Shown: one piece after another, positions 19,684-30,284 of the stretch
How the letters are laid out: each line of letters opens with the position of its first letter
Position numbering within the stretch: position 1 is the stretch's first letter
Origin: Candidatus Lachnoclostridium pullistercoris
GTDB taxonomy: Bacteria > Bacillota > Clostridia > Lachnospirales > Lachnospiraceae
Reading direction: 5' to 3'
Length of the DNA stretch: 64,000 nucleotides
Assembly (NCBI GenBank): GCA_019119775.1
Contig: DWWL01000076.1
Coordinates: 13,240 to 77,239, forward strand
Program-made: the position numbers and the translations under genes
The notes under the pieces: model-generated
Seen by the model: the letters and a program-made list of their open reading frames with translations, nothing else
The model's database searches: none
Told to the model about the DNA's origin: nothing

Positions 19684-22600
19684 ATGGCATTTACACATCT
19701 GCACGTCCACACGGAATACAGCCTGCTGGACGGCTCCAGCAAAATCGAGGAGCTGGTGGCCAGGGCGAAGGAGCTGGGCATGGACAGCCTGGCAATCACA
19801 GACCACGGCGTCATGTACGGCGCGGTGGCATTTTATAAAGCGGCGAAAGCGGCCGGGATCAAGCCCATACTGGGAAGCGAGGTCTATGTGGCGCCCGGTT
19901 CCCGGTTTGACAGAGAGCCGGGGGGAGGCCAGGACCGGTATTACCACCTGGTGCTTCTGGCAGAAAATGATACAGGTTATCATAATCTGATGAAGATCGT
20001 GTCGAAGGGCTTTGTGGACGGCTTCTATTATAAGCCTAGAGTGGATTATGAAATTCTGGAGCAGTACCACGAGGGGGTGATCGCCCTGAGCGCCTGTCTG
20101 GCTGGGGAAGTGCCCAGGTATCTGGAGAGGGGACTTTATGACCAGGCAAAAGAGGCGGCTCTCAGGTATGAGAACATATTCGGAAAGGGCAACTTTTTTC
20201 TGGAGCTGCAGGACCACGGGATCCCGGCCCAGAAGATGGTCAACCAGGGGCTGCTGCGGCTGAGCAGGGAGTTGGGCATCGACCTGGTGGCGACCAACGA
20301 CATCCACTACACCTACGACACAGATGTGGAGGCCCACGACATCTTGCTGTGCATCCAGACAGGGAAAAAGGTGGCGGACGAGAACCGGATGCGGTATGAG
20401 GGCGGCCAGTACTACTGCAAGTCGGAGGAGGAGATGCGGCGCCTGTTTCCCTACGCCCAGGATGCCATTGACAACACGCAGAAGATCGCAGACCGCTGCA
20501 ACGTGGAAATCGAGTTCGGCGTGACGAAGCTGCCGCGGTACGAGGTGCCGGAAGGCTACGATTCCTGGAGCTACCTGAACTACCTCTGCGACGAGGGCAT
20601 GAAAAAGCGCTATCCAGAGGACGACGGGACACTGAGAAAACGGCTGGATTATGAGCTGGACGTGATCCATACCATGGGATATGTGGATTATTTCCTGATC
20701 GTATGGGATTTCATCCATTTTGCAAAGTCCAACGGCATTAGCGTGGGGCCGGGAAGAGGCTCGGCGGCGGGCAGCATCGTCTCCTACTGTCTGGAGATCA
20801 CAGACATTGACCCGATCCGCTACAATCTGCTCTTTGAGCGTTTCCTGAACCCGGAGCGCGTGTCCATGCCGGATATTGATGTGGACTTCTGCTTCGAGAG
20901 ACGGCAGGAAGTGATCGATTACGTGGTGCAGAAATATGGAAAGGACCAGGTGGTGCAGATCGTCACCTTCGGTACCTTTGCCGCCAGAGGCGTGGTCCGG
21001 GACGTGGGCCGCGTGCTGGATATGCCCTACGCTAAATGCGACTCCATTGCCAAGATGATCCCAAAGGATCTGGGGATCACGCTGGACAAGGCGCTAAAGA
21101 GCAGCCCGGACCTTAGGAATGCCTATCAGACGGACGATGAAGTGCGGTATCTCATCGACATGTCGAAGCGTCTGGAGGGGCTTCCCCGCCACACCTCCAT
21201 GCACGCCGCCGGAGTGGTGATTAGCCGGACCAATGTGGACGAGTACGTGCCTCTCTCCAGAGGAGCGGACGGAACCATCACCACCCAGTTTACCATGACG
21301 GAGCTGGAGGAGCTGGGCCTTCTGAAAATGGATTTCCTGGGCCTGCGGACTCTGACGGTGATCCAGAACGCGGTGGAGCAGGCGGAGAAAAACCACAATG
21401 TGAAAATCGACCTGCTGAAGATCGACTACAACGACCCGGCGGTCATGGACATGATCGGCAGCGGAAAGGACGAGGGCGTGTTCCAGCTGGAGAGCGGGGG
21501 AATGAAGAGCTTTATGAAGGAGCTGAAGCCCCGCACTCTGGAGGACATTATCGCCGGGATCTCCCTCTACCGCCCGGGTCCCATGGATTTTATCCCTAAA
21601 TATCTGAAGGGGAAAAATGACCCCTCCGCCATCACCTACGACTGCCCCCAGATGGAACCCATTCTGGAGCCCACCTACGGCTGCATTGTCTACCAGGAGC
21701 AGGTGATGCAGATCGTGCGGGATCTGGCGGGATACACTATGGGCCGCAGCGATCTGGTGCGGAGAGCCATGTCAAAGAAAAAGGCGTCGGTGATGGAGAA
21801 GGAGCGCCAGAATTTCGTTTACGGCAATGAGGCGGAGGGCGTAAAGGGCTGCATCGCCAACGGTATTGACGAGAAGACGGCAAACCATATTTACGACGAG
21901 ATGATCGACTTCGCAAAGTACGCCTTCAACAAGTCCCACGCGGCCTGCTACGCGGTGGTTTCCTACCAGACGGCCTACCTGAAATACTACTATCCGCAGG
22001 AATTTATGGCGGCTCTGCTGACCTCTGTGCTGGACAATGTGACGAAGATCTCGGAGTACATTCTGACCTGCCGGCAGATGGGCATAAACATCCTCCCGCC
22101 GGACATCAACGAGGGAGTGAGCGGTTTCTCCGTCTCCGGAAACAACATCCGCTACGGTCTTTCCGCCATCAAGAGCATCGGGCGGAACGTGGTGGAGGCC
22201 ATTGTGCGGGAGAGAGAGCTGGCCGGCCCGTTCACTTCGCTGGATGACTTCGTCAGCCGCATGAGCGGGAAGGAAGTGAACAAAAAGACGGTGGAAAACT
22301 TCATCAAAGCGGGAGCCATGGACAGCCTGCCGGGAAACAGAAGGCAGAAGCTGATGGTGGTGCCGGAGATGATGGACCAGAAGAGCAGAGAGCGGAAAAC
22401 TTCCATGGAAGGCCAGCTGAGCCTGTTTGACTTTGCCGCCGAGGAAGACCGGGAGAACTTCCAGATCACCATGCCGAAGGTGGACGAATTCCCCAGGGAG
22501 GAAATGCTGGCCATGGAAAAAGAGGTGCTGGGCGTGTATGTCACCGGCCATCCCCTGGAAGAATATGAGGAAGGATGGAGAAAGAACATCACCGCCATGA

Positions 22601-23166
22601 CCACGGATTTTATCGTGGATGAGGACACGGACGAGGCGAAGGTCTCCGACGGACAGATGGTGACGGTGGGCGGCATGGTGAGCGACCGGGTGATCAAGAT
22701 CACCAAAACGGGAAAGAACATGGCGTTTGTCACTCTGGAGGACCTGGTGGGATCGGTGGAAGTGCTGGTGTTTCCGAAGGATTTCGAGGCGAACCGGGAG
22801 CTTTTAAATGAAGACGCGAAGCTGTTTATCCGGGGGCGTGTGTCTCTGGGGGATGAACCGGTGGGGAAACTGATCTGCGAGCAGGTGATTCCGTTTTCCG
22901 GGATTCCGAAGGAGTTGTGGCTGCAGTTTGCGGACAAGGAGTCGTACATGGAAGCGGAGAAGGGGCTGATGGACGTGCTGCGCCTGTCAGACGGAAACGA
23001 CCGGGTGATCATCTACCTGAAGAAGGAGAAGGCGAAGAAAATCCTGCCGCCGGGCTGGAATGTGGAGGCGGACCGGGAACTTTTGGGGAAATTGACGGAA
23101 TTGTATGGTGAAAAAAATGTCAAGGTTGTAGAAAAAACTATTGAAAAGATAAGAAAAATGAATTAG
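19684..23166 (+). CDS. dnaE: DNA polymerase III alpha subunit
   Basis: PHP HLHVHTEYSLLDG, GPGRGSAAGS, MPDIDVDF, YAFNKSH. Confidence 0.98.
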   Translation: MAFTHLHVHTEYSLLDGSSKIEELVARAKELGMDSLAITDHGVMYGAVAFYKAAKAAGIKPILGSEVYVAPGSRFDREPGGGQDRYYHLVLLAENDTGYHNLMKIVSKGFVDGFYYKPRVDYEILEQYHEGVIALSACLAGEVPRYLERGLYDQAKEAALRYENIFGKGNFFLELQDHGIPAQKMVNQGLLRLSRELGIDLVATNDIHYTYDTDVEAHDILLCIQTGKKVADENRMRYEGGQYYCKSEEEMRRLFPYAQDAIDNTQKIADRCNVEIEFGVTKLPRYEVPEGYDSWSYLNYLCDEGMKKRYPEDDGTLRKRLDYELDVIHTMGYVDYFLIVWDFIHFAKSNGISVGPGRGSAAGSIVSYCLEITDIDPIRYNLLFERFLNPERVSMPDIDVDFCFERRQEVIDYVVQKYGKDQVVQIVTFGTFAARGVVRDVGRVLDMPYAKCDSIAKMIPKDLGITLDKALKSSPDLRNAYQTDDEVRYLIDMSKRLEGLPRHTSMHAAGVVISRTNVDEYVPLSRGADGTITTQFTMTELEELGLLKMDFLGLRTLTVIQNAVEQAEKNHNVKIDLLKIDYNDPAVMDMIGSGKDEGVFQLESGGMKSFMKELKPRTLEDIIAGISLYRPGPMDFIPKYLKGKNDPSAITYDCPQMEPILEPTYGCIVYQEQVMQIVRDLAGYTMGRSDLVRRAMSKKKASVMEKERQNFVYGNEAEGVKGCIANGIDEKTANHIYDEMIDFAKYAFNKSHAACYAVVSYQTAYLKYYYPQEFMAALLTSVLDNVTKISEYILTCRQMGINILPPDINEGVSGFSVSGNNIRYGLSAIKSIGRNVVEAIVRERELAGPFTSLDDFVSRMSGKEVNKKTVENFIKAGAMDSLPGNRRQKLMVVPEMMDQKSRERKTSMEGQLSLFDFAAEEDRENFQITMPKVDEFPREEMLAMEKEVLGVYVTGHPLEEYEEGWRKNITAMTTDFIVDEDTDEAKVSDGQMVTVGGMVSDRVIKITKTGKNMAFVTLEDLVGSVEVLVFPKDFEANRELLNEDAKLFIRGRVSLGDEPVGKLICEQVIPFSGIPKELWLQFADKESYMEAEKGLMDVLRLSDGNDRVIIYLKKEKAKKILPPGWNVEADRELLGKLTELYGEKNVKVVEKTIEKIRKMN

Positions 23167-23217
23167 AATAACTTTTGATTGATGTATATAAATAAGAACA
23201 ATATGGAGGGATTGACT

Positions 23218-24192
23218 ATGGCGAAAGAAGTGAAAACGATTGGTGTATTGACAAGCGGCGGTGATGCACCGGGCATGAATGCAGCAATCCGGGCAGTAGT
23301 CAGAACCGCAATTCATAAAGGATTAAAGGTTAAAGGAATCATGAGAGGCTATGCCGGCCTGCTTCAGGAAGAGATCGTGGACATGGACGGCCTGAGCGTA
23401 GCGGATATTATCAACCGCGGCGGCACCATCCTGTACACGGCCAGATGCCAGGAGTTCACCACTCCCGAGGGACAGCAGAAGGGCGCGGAGATCTGCCGCA
23501 AGCACGGAATTGACGGAATCGTAGTCATCGGCGGCGACGGCTCTTTCCAGGGCGCGGGAAAACTGTCCGCTCTGGGCATCAATACCATCGGACTTCCGGG
23601 CACCATCGACCTGGACATCGCATGTACCGATTACACCATCGGCTTCGACACGGCTGTGAACACGGCTATGGAGGCCATTGACCGGATCCGCGACACCTCC
23701 ACTTCCCACGAGCGCTGCAGCATCGTAGAGGTTATGGGCCGCAACGCCGGATATATCGCTCTCTGGTGCGGAATTGCCAACGGCGCGGAGGACATCCTGC
23801 TTCCGGAGAAGTACGACGGAGACGAGCAGATGCTGATCAACCGCATCATCGACAACCGCAAGAGAGGCAAAAAACATCATATTATCATCAACGCAGAGGG
23901 AATCGGACACTCCGCATCCATGGCCAAGAGGATTGAGGCTGCTACCGGCATTGAGACGAGAGCCACCATCCTGGGACACATGCAGAGAGGCGGCACGCCC
24001 ACCTGCAAGGACAGAATGTACGCTTCCATCATGGGAGCCAAGGCAGTGGACCTGCTGGCAGAGGGAAAGAGCAACCGCGTGGTAGCCTACAAGGGCGGAG
24101 CGTTTGTAGACTTTGACATCCAGGAAGCTCTGGCCATGAAGAAGGACATCCCGGAGGACGAGTACGAGATCAGCAGGATCCTGGTGAGATAA
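23218..24192 (+). CDS. pfkA: 6-phosphofructokinase
   Basis: TSGGDAPGMNAAIRAVV, GGDGS, PGTIDLD, EVMGR. Confidence 0.98.
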   Translation: MAKEVKTIGVLTSGGDAPGMNAAIRAVVRTAIHKGLKVKGIMRGYAGLLQEEIVDMDGLSVADIINRGGTILYTARCQEFTTPEGQQKGAEICRKHGIDGIVVIGGDGSFQGAGKLSALGINTIGLPGTIDLDIACTDYTIGFDTAVNTAMEAIDRIRDTSTSHERCSIVEVMGRNAGYIALWCGIANGAEDILLPEKYDGDEQMLINRIIDNRKRGKKHHIIINAEGIGHSASMAKRIEAATGIETRATILGHMQRGGTPTCKDRMYASIMGAKAVDLLAEGKSNRVVAYKGGAFVDFDIQEALAMKKDIPEDEYEISRILVR

Positions 24193-24420
24193 TCAGACTG
24201 TAAGAAAGAATCCCGCTGTTATATGAAGAAAGCGGACAGGGGAGGATTCTCTTCCTCTGTCCTCTGTGTTTTCCCGGTCAGCCCGCAGCGGTGTTTCCGG
24301 CTATCCGGGATCCGGCACACGGCTGCCCGCAAGGATGGCGGCCGTCTGCCGGGCTCAGCACACAAAAAGCACACAAAAGCGCCTTTCAGGGCAGCTCCGC
24401 CCTGGAAGGCGCTTTTTGCC

Positions 24421-24449
24421 TTGCATAATAGAAATGGGAATGGTATAAT
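24421..24449 (+). promoter_or_regulatory. Sigma-A promoter of the nusB operon
   Basis: TTGCAT-17 bp-TATAAT with TG extension. Confidence 0.7.
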
Positions 24450-24669
24450 ATGAGCGCAAGTGGGCCTGCGGGAGCTGTCATAGTCCTGCCAGCCGGCAAA
24501 AAGACCAAATGCAAATTGACACCGCATGTTTTCACAGTCTGGTGCCAACTTGCATTTGACCTTTTTCATTTCACCCGAAAGTCCGCCTATGGCGGACACT
24601 TTTAACCATAGGGCAGAAACCGCAGAGGCGGGGACTGTATACGCATACTTAAACTCAGGAGGAGAAAAC

Positions 24670-25113
24670 ATGACCAGAAGAGAACTGAGGGAGCACTGTT
24701 TTAAAATGCTTTTCAGCGCTAATTTTTATGATACCGAAGAGGCAGAGCAGCAGCTGGACCGCTATTTTGACGCTCCCGAGGAGGACGAGACGGACGCGGA
24801 CGGAAAGACGGAGGTGCTCCATCAGGTCGGCCTTGGGGAAAAAGACAGAGAATATCTTCACAGCCGTGTGGAACATATAATAGAAGCGATCCCGGAGCTG
24901 GACGCCAGCCTTAACCAGGTGGCGGAAGGCTGGAAGACCCGCCGCATGGGAAAGGTGGAGCTGACGATCCTGCGCCTGGCGCTTTATGAGATGAAGAAAG
25001 ATGATTCCATACCGGAGAAGGTGGCGATCAATGAGGCGGTGGAGCTGGCCAAAAAGTTCGGCGGAAATGATTCCCCGGCATTTGTAAACGGAATTCTGGC
25101 AAAGCTGGTGTAG
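24670..25113 (+). CDS. nusB: Transcription antitermination factor NusB
   Basis: [36 protein letters not shown]. Confidence 0.95.
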   Translation: MTRRELREHCFKMLFSANFYDTEEAEQQLDRYFDAPEEDETDADGKTEVLHQVGLGEKDREYLHSRVEHIIEAIPELDASLNQVAEGWKTRRMGKVELTILRLALYEMKKDDSIPEKVAINEAVELAKKFGGNDSPAFVNGILAKLV

Positions 25114-25116
25114 CCT

Positions 25117-26337
25117 ATGGCCAGCGTGTATTCCGTATCCCAGGTAAACGCCTATATCAAGAACATGTTTCTGCAGGATTTTGCCCTCAGCCGGATCTCC
25201 GTGAGGGGAGAGGTTTCCAACTGCAAATACCACACATCAGGACACATCTATTTCACCCTAAAAGACGGAAACAGCGCCATTCCCGCCGTGATGTTCGCGG
25301 GAAACAGAGGCGGCCTCTCGTTTGAACTGCGGGAGGGGCAGCAGGTGGTGGCGGCCGGCTCCATCGACGTGTATGAGAGAGACGGACGCTATCAGCTCTA
25401 TGCCAAAAAGATCACTCTGGACGGAACGGGAGATCTGTTTCTCCGGTTTCAGAAGCTGAGAGACGAGCTGGAGGAGATGGGCATGTTTGCCAGAGAGTAC
25501 AAGCAGCCCATTCCCAGATACGCGAGGACGGTGGGCATTGTCACCGCCAGCACCGGGGCGGCGATCCGGGATATTATGAACATTGCAAAGCGGAGAAATC
25601 CTTATGTGCAGCTGGTCCTCTGCCCGGCCCTGGTCCAGGGAGAGCAGGCCAAGTACAGCATTGTAAGAGGGATCGAGACGCTGGATCAGCTGGGCCTGGA
25701 TGTGATGATCGTGGGCCGCGGAGGCGGTTCCATCGAGGATCTGTGGGCGTTTAACGAAGAAATGGTGGCGAGAGCCATTTTCAACTGCCGGACTCCGGTG
25801 ATCTCAGCGGTGGGACATGAGACGGATGTGACGATCGCCGATTATGTGGCCGATCTGCGGGCCCCCACGCCCTCCGCGGCGGCAGAGCTGGCGATTTTTG
25901 ACTATCAGCAGTTTGAGGAGCAGGTCCGGTTCGGGCGGGAGCGCCTGGAGCGGGCCATGGCCAGGACTCTGGAGCAGAAGAAATTTCAGACCAGAGATCT
26001 GGAGTACCGGCTGAAACTGCGCCATCCGGAGCGGCAGCTCAATGAAAAGAGGCAGTTTCTGGCGGATGCCCAGGACCGTCTGGAGACTCTTATGGAAACG
26101 CGGCTGGAACGCAGCCGCCACCGCCTGGCGCTGCTGGCGGGCAGGCTCTCCGGCCTGTCGCCTCTGGAGAAATTAAAAAGCGGCTACGGATTTGTGACGG
26201 ACGGGGACGGCAGACGGCTGAAGTCTGTATTCCAGGTGAAGAAGGGGGATCCGTTTCATGTGTATCTGGCGGACGGAAAACTGACCGGAACGGTGACAGA
26301 GCTGACGCCGGGCGGGGCAGGAGCGGAGGAAGGCTGA
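25117..26337 (+). CDS. xseA: Exodeoxyribonuclease VII large subunit
   Basis: GEVSNCKYHTSGHIYFTLKD, GRGGGSIEDLWAFNEE, GHETD. Confidence 0.97.
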   Translation: MASVYSVSQVNAYIKNMFLQDFALSRISVRGEVSNCKYHTSGHIYFTLKDGNSAIPAVMFAGNRGGLSFELREGQQVVAAGSIDVYERDGRYQLYAKKITLDGTGDLFLRFQKLRDELEEMGMFAREYKQPIPRYARTVGIVTASTGAAIRDIMNIAKRRNPYVQLVLCPALVQGEQAKYSIVRGIETLDQLGLDVMIVGRGGGSIEDLWAFNEEMVARAIFNCRTPVISAVGHETDVTIADYVADLRAPTPSAAAELAIFDYQQFEEQVRFGRERLERAMARTLEQKKFQTRDLEYRLKLRHPERQLNEKRQFLADAQDRLETLMETRLERSRHRLALLAGRLSGLSPLEKLKSGYGFVTDGDGRRLKSVFQVKKGDPFHVYLADGKLTGTVTELTPGGAGAEEG

Positions 26338-26451
26338 GCCGGCCGGAGAATGGCGTCGGAAGAGCAGCTGATCCGGCCGGGAGTCCGGAAACACAGACAG
26401 AAAACAGGGGCCGGCCGGCAGGGCCGGGGCCGATGACAGGAGGAAAAGACC

Positions 26452-26676
26452 ATGTCGCCGAAGAAAAAAGAAGAACAGGAGCAGGAGCTGTCCATCGAGG
26501 AAACCTTTGCCAGGCTGGAGGAGGTCTTAAAGAAGATGGAGGAAGGGGAGTGCTCCCTGGAAGAATCCTTCCGCTGCTATGAGGAGGGAATGAAACTGGT
26601 GAAATCATGTCATGATAAGATAGACCGGGTAGAGAAGCGGATTCAGGTACTCGGAGGGGAAGGAGAAGAAGAATGA
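26452..26676 (+). CDS. xseB: Exodeoxyribonuclease VII small subunit
   Basis: LEEVLKKMEEGECSLEESFRCYEEGMKL; synteny. Confidence 0.93.
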   Translation: MSPKKKEEQEQELSIEETFARLEEVLKKMEEGECSLEESFRCYEEGMKLVKSCHDKIDRVEKRIQVLGGEGEEE

Positions 26677-27560
26677 CGGGAAAGGAGAAACTGGCTGAGC
26701 GGACAGCTCAGGCGGAGGAGATCATAAAGAAATATCTTCCTCCCGCGGAGGGATTTCAGAAAACGGTGCTGGACGCCATGGATTACAGCGTAAATGCGGG
26801 GGGAAAGAGACTGCGTCCGGTGATGATGAGAGAAAGCTACCGGATGTTCGGCGGAAGCGGAGAGGAGATCGAGCCGTTTATGGCGGCCATCGAGATGATA
26901 CATACCTCGTCCCTGATCCACGACGACCTGCCCTGCATGGACAACGACACGCTGAGGCGGGGAAAGCCTACGGCCTGGGTCAAGTACGGCTACGACATGG
27001 CAGTGCTGGCCGGGGATGGGCTGATGATCTACGCCTTTGAGACGGCGGCCAAGGCCCTGGCCATGGGGGCAGACCCGGAGCGGACGGCCCGGTGCATGGG
27101 GATCCTGGCGGAGAAGACTGGCATTTACGGGATGATCGGCGGCCAGACGGTGGATGTGGAGCTGACCAATCAGCCGATTCCGAGAGAGAAGCTGGATTTT
27201 ATCTACCGCCTGAAGACGGGGGCTCTGCTGGAGGCGTCCATGATGATCGGGGCGGTCCTGGCGGGAGCGTCTGAGGAGGAAGTGAAGACGGTGGAGAAGA
27301 TCGCCTCCCTGGTGGGAGTGGCGTTCCAGATCCAGGATGATATTCTGGATGTGACCAGCAGCGCGGAGGTGCTGGGAAAACCGGTGCTCAGCGATGAGAA
27401 AAACAACAAGACCACATACGTGACTCTGGAGGGCCTTGAGAAGGCGAAGGCGGACGAAAAGGAATTTTCCGCTCAGGCGGCAGAACTGCTCCGCTCCCTC
27501 CGCGGAGATCACGAATTTTTGGAAGAACTGATCAATATGCTGACCGACCGGAAACACTGA
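26673..27560 (+). CDS. ispA: Polyprenyl (farnesyl) diphosphate synthase
   Basis: GGKRLRP, HDDLPCMDNDTLRRGKPT, FQIQDDILD. Confidence 0.95.
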   Translation: MTGKEKLAERTAQAEEIIKKYLPPAEGFQKTVLDAMDYSVNAGGKRLRPVMMRESYRMFGGSGEEIEPFMAAIEMIHTSSLIHDDLPCMDNDTLRRGKPTAWVKYGYDMAVLAGDGLMIYAFETAAKALAMGADPERTARCMGILAEKTGIYGMIGGQTVDVELTNQPIPREKLDFIYRLKTGALLEASMMIGAVLAGASEEEVKTVEKIASLVGVAFQIQDDILDVTSSAEVLGKPVLSDEKNNKTTYVTLEGLEKAKADEKEFSAQAAELLRSLRGDHEFLEELINMLTDRKH

Positions 27561-27584
27561 TCCGGGCGTTCAGGGAAAAGGTAC

Positions 27585-29474
27585 ATGGATATGATACTGG
27601 AACAGATACAGAATCCGGATGATATAAAAAAGTTAAACAGTGAAGAGTTGAAAATGCTGGCCCAGGAGATCAGGGAGTTCCTGATCGAAAAGATCAGCGT
27701 CACCGGCGGGCATCTGGCTTCCAATCTGGGAGTGGTGGAGCTGACCATTGCCCTGTTTCTGAGCTTTCAGCTGCCGGAGGACAAGATCGTCTGGGACGTG
27801 GGCCATCAGGCCTATACCCACAAGATCTTAAGCGGCAGGCGGGAAATGTTTGACGATCTGCGCCAGTACGGCGGGATCAGCGGTTTCCCAAAGAGGAAGG
27901 AAAGCCCTTACGACGCCTTTGACACCGGGCACAGCTCGACTTCCATCTCCGCCGGACTGGGCCTGGCCCAGGGGAGGGATATCCTGGGACAGGACCACTA
28001 TGTGGTGTCCGTCATCGGGGACGGCGCCTTAACCGGCGGCATGGCCTACGAGGCGTTAAACAATGCGGCCAGGATGAATCGGAATTTCATCATCGTGCTG
28101 AATGACAACAAGATGTCCATCTCGGAAAATGTGGGAGGCATGTCCCGCTATTTAAACGGGATCCGCACCGGGGAAGGCTACAACGGGCTGAAGCGGATGG
28201 TCAACAGCGGCCTGGAAAAGCTGCCGGTGGTGGGGAAGCCCCTGATCGACAAGATCACCCGGACCAAAAACGGCATCAAACAGCTGCTGATCCCGGGAAT
28301 GCTCTTTGAAAATATGGGGATCACCTATCTGGGGCCGGTCAACGGCCACGATATCCGGGCGCTGCAGAAAGTGTTCCGGGAGGCGAAAAAACTGGACCAT
28401 GCGGTGCTGGTCCATGTGCTCACAAAGAAAGGAAAGGGCTACGCCCCGGCGGAGAAAAATCCCGCCCGCTTTCACGGCGTCAGTCCCTTTGACATAAAGA
28501 CGGGAAAGCTGAAGTCAAAGAAGGTGTATCCGGATTATACGGATATTTTTGCGAAAAAAATCTGCGAGCTGGCGGAAAAAGACCAGAGGATCGTGGCGGT
28601 GACGGCCGCCATGCCGGACGGAACGGGCCTGAAGGCATTTTCCAGGCGTTTTCCAGGCCGATTCTTCGATGTGGGGATCGCCGAGGAGCACGCGGTGACG
28701 TCGGCGGCCGGAATGGCGGCCGCGGGGCTGAGGCCGGTGGTGGCTGTGTACTCTTCTTTTCTCCAGAGAGGCTACGACCAGGTGGTCCACGACGTGTGCC
28801 TCCAGGACCTGCCGGTCTTATTCTGCATCGACCGGGCAGGGCTTGTGGGAAGCGACGGGGAAACCCACCAGGGGATTTTTGACTATTCCTATCTGACTTC
28901 TGTGCCGAACATGACGGTGATGGCTCCGAAAAATCTGTGGGAGCTGCGGGATATGCTGGATTTTGCCATGACCTACGACCGGCCGCTGGCCATCCGCTAC
29001 CCTAGAGGACAGGCCTACCGGGGGCTGAAGGAATTTCAGGCGCCGGTGGTGTACGGAAAGGGTGAAATGCTCTTTGAGGAGAAGGATTACGCCCTGCTGG
29101 CGGTGGGCAGCATGGTGAGCACGGCGGAGCATGTGCGGGAAAAATGGAAGGAAGCCGGATTTTCCTGCACTCTGGCCAACGGGCGCTTTGTGAAGCCCAT
29201 AGACACAGAGCTTCTGGACCGCCTGGCAGAGCGCCACAGCCGTCTGGTCACACTGGAGGAAAACGTTCTCCAGGGCGGCTATGGGCTGGCGGTGACGGCG
29301 TACATTCACGAGCATTACCCCTGGATCAGGGTGTTAAACATCGCGCTGCCGGACGCTTATGTGGAACACGGAAATGTTTCCCGATTAAGAGAGTGTCTGG
29401 GCATTGACAGCGATTCTGTGATCCGCAGGATGAAGGAATTTTTCCTGGAGGAAGAGACGAGGAGAGACGAATGA
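27585..29474 (+). CDS. dxs: 1-deoxy-D-xylulose-5-phosphate synthase
   Basis: GGHLASNLGVVELT, DVGHQAY, GDGALTGG, DVGIAEEHAV. Confidence 0.97.
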   Translation: MDMILEQIQNPDDIKKLNSEELKMLAQEIREFLIEKISVTGGHLASNLGVVELTIALFLSFQLPEDKIVWDVGHQAYTHKILSGRREMFDDLRQYGGISGFPKRKESPYDAFDTGHSSTSISAGLGLAQGRDILGQDHYVVSVIGDGALTGGMAYEALNNAARMNRNFIIVLNDNKMSISENVGGMSRYLNGIRTGEGYNGLKRMVNSGLEKLPVVGKPLIDKITRTKNGIKQLLIPGMLFENMGITYLGPVNGHDIRALQKVFREAKKLDHAVLVHVLTKKGKGYAPAEKNPARFHGVSPFDIKTGKLKSKKVYPDYTDIFAKKICELAEKDQRIVAVTAAMPDGTGLKAFSRRFPGRFFDVGIAEEHAVTSAAGMAAAGLRPVVAVYSSFLQRGYDQVVHDVCLQDLPVLFCIDRAGLVGSDGETHQGIFDYSYLTSVPNMTVMAPKNLWELRDMLDFAMTYDRPLAIRYPRGQAYRGLKEFQAPVVYGKGEMLFEEKDYALLAVGSMVSTAEHVREKWKEAGFSCTLANGRFVKPIDTELLDRLAERHSRLVTLEENVLQGGYGLAVTAYIHEHYPWIRVLNIALPDAYVEHGNVSRLRECLGIDSDSVIRRMKEFFLEEETRRDE

Positions 29475-30277
29475 AGGAACGGTTAGACGTTTTGCTGGTA
29501 AACAGGGGTCTGGCCCAGTCCAGAGAGAAGGCGAAGGCCATTATCATGTCCGGCATCGTGTATGTGGACGGACAGAAAGAGGACAAGGCGGGCAGCTCCT
29601 TTGAAAATACCGTACAGATCGAGGTGAGAGGCCATACCCTGGCCTATGTGAGCCGGGGAGGCTTAAAACTGGAAAAGGCGATGACTCATTTCGGAGTCCG
29701 CCTGGATGGAAAGGTGTGCATGGACGTGGGAGCCTCCACCGGGGGCTTTACGGACTGTATGCTGCAGAACGGAGCGGTAAAGGTGTATTCGGTGGACGTG
29801 GGGCACGGACAGCTGGACTGGAAACTGAGAAATGACCCCAGGGTCATCTGCATGGAAAAGACCAATATCCGCTATGTGAAGCCGGAGGACATTGAGGACC
29901 GGCTGGATTTTGCGTCCATCGACGTGTCTTTCATTTCCCTGACAAAAGTCCTGGGACCGGTAAAGGCGCTCTTAAAAGAGGACGGGCAGGTGGTCTGCCT
30001 GATCAAGCCTCAGTTTGAGGCCGGCCGGGAAAAGGTGGGAAAGAAAGGCGTGGTGCGGGAGAAGAGCACCCATCTGGAGGTGATCCGCATGGTCATGGAT
30101 TTTGCGGAGAGCATTGGATTTGAAGTGCTGAATCTGGAGTATTCTCCCATCAAGGGACCGGAAGGAAACATCGAGTACCTGCTGTACCTTCAGAATCACG
30201 GAGAAGGCTGGAGCCGGGAGCAGCCCCGGACTGCGGCGCCGGAACCGGTGGTGGAAGAGGCGCACAGGAGCTTATAG
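29471..30277 (+). CDS. tlyA: TlyA family rRNA methyltransferase
   Basis: S4 RLDVLL, YVSRGGLKL, DVGASTGGFTD, IKPQFE. Confidence 0.95.
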   Translation: MKERLDVLLVNRGLAQSREKAKAIIMSGIVYVDGQKEDKAGSSFENTVQIEVRGHTLAYVSRGGLKLEKAMTHFGVRLDGKVCMDVGASTGGFTDCMLQNGAVKVYSVDVGHGQLDWKLRNDPRVICMEKTNIRYVKPEDIEDRLDFASIDVSFISLTKVLGPVKALLKEDGQVVCLIKPQFEAGREKVGKKGVVREKSTHLEVIRMVMDFAESIGFEVLNLEYSPIKGPEGNIEYLLYLQNHGEGWSREQPRTAAPEPVVEEAHRSL

Positions 30278-30284
30278 GAGACAG

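Noticed and set aside
24441-24455. TGGTATAATATGAGC shared with the rlmD promoter (58743)
   Set aside because: Mostly the extended -10 consensus; remaining identity may be chance
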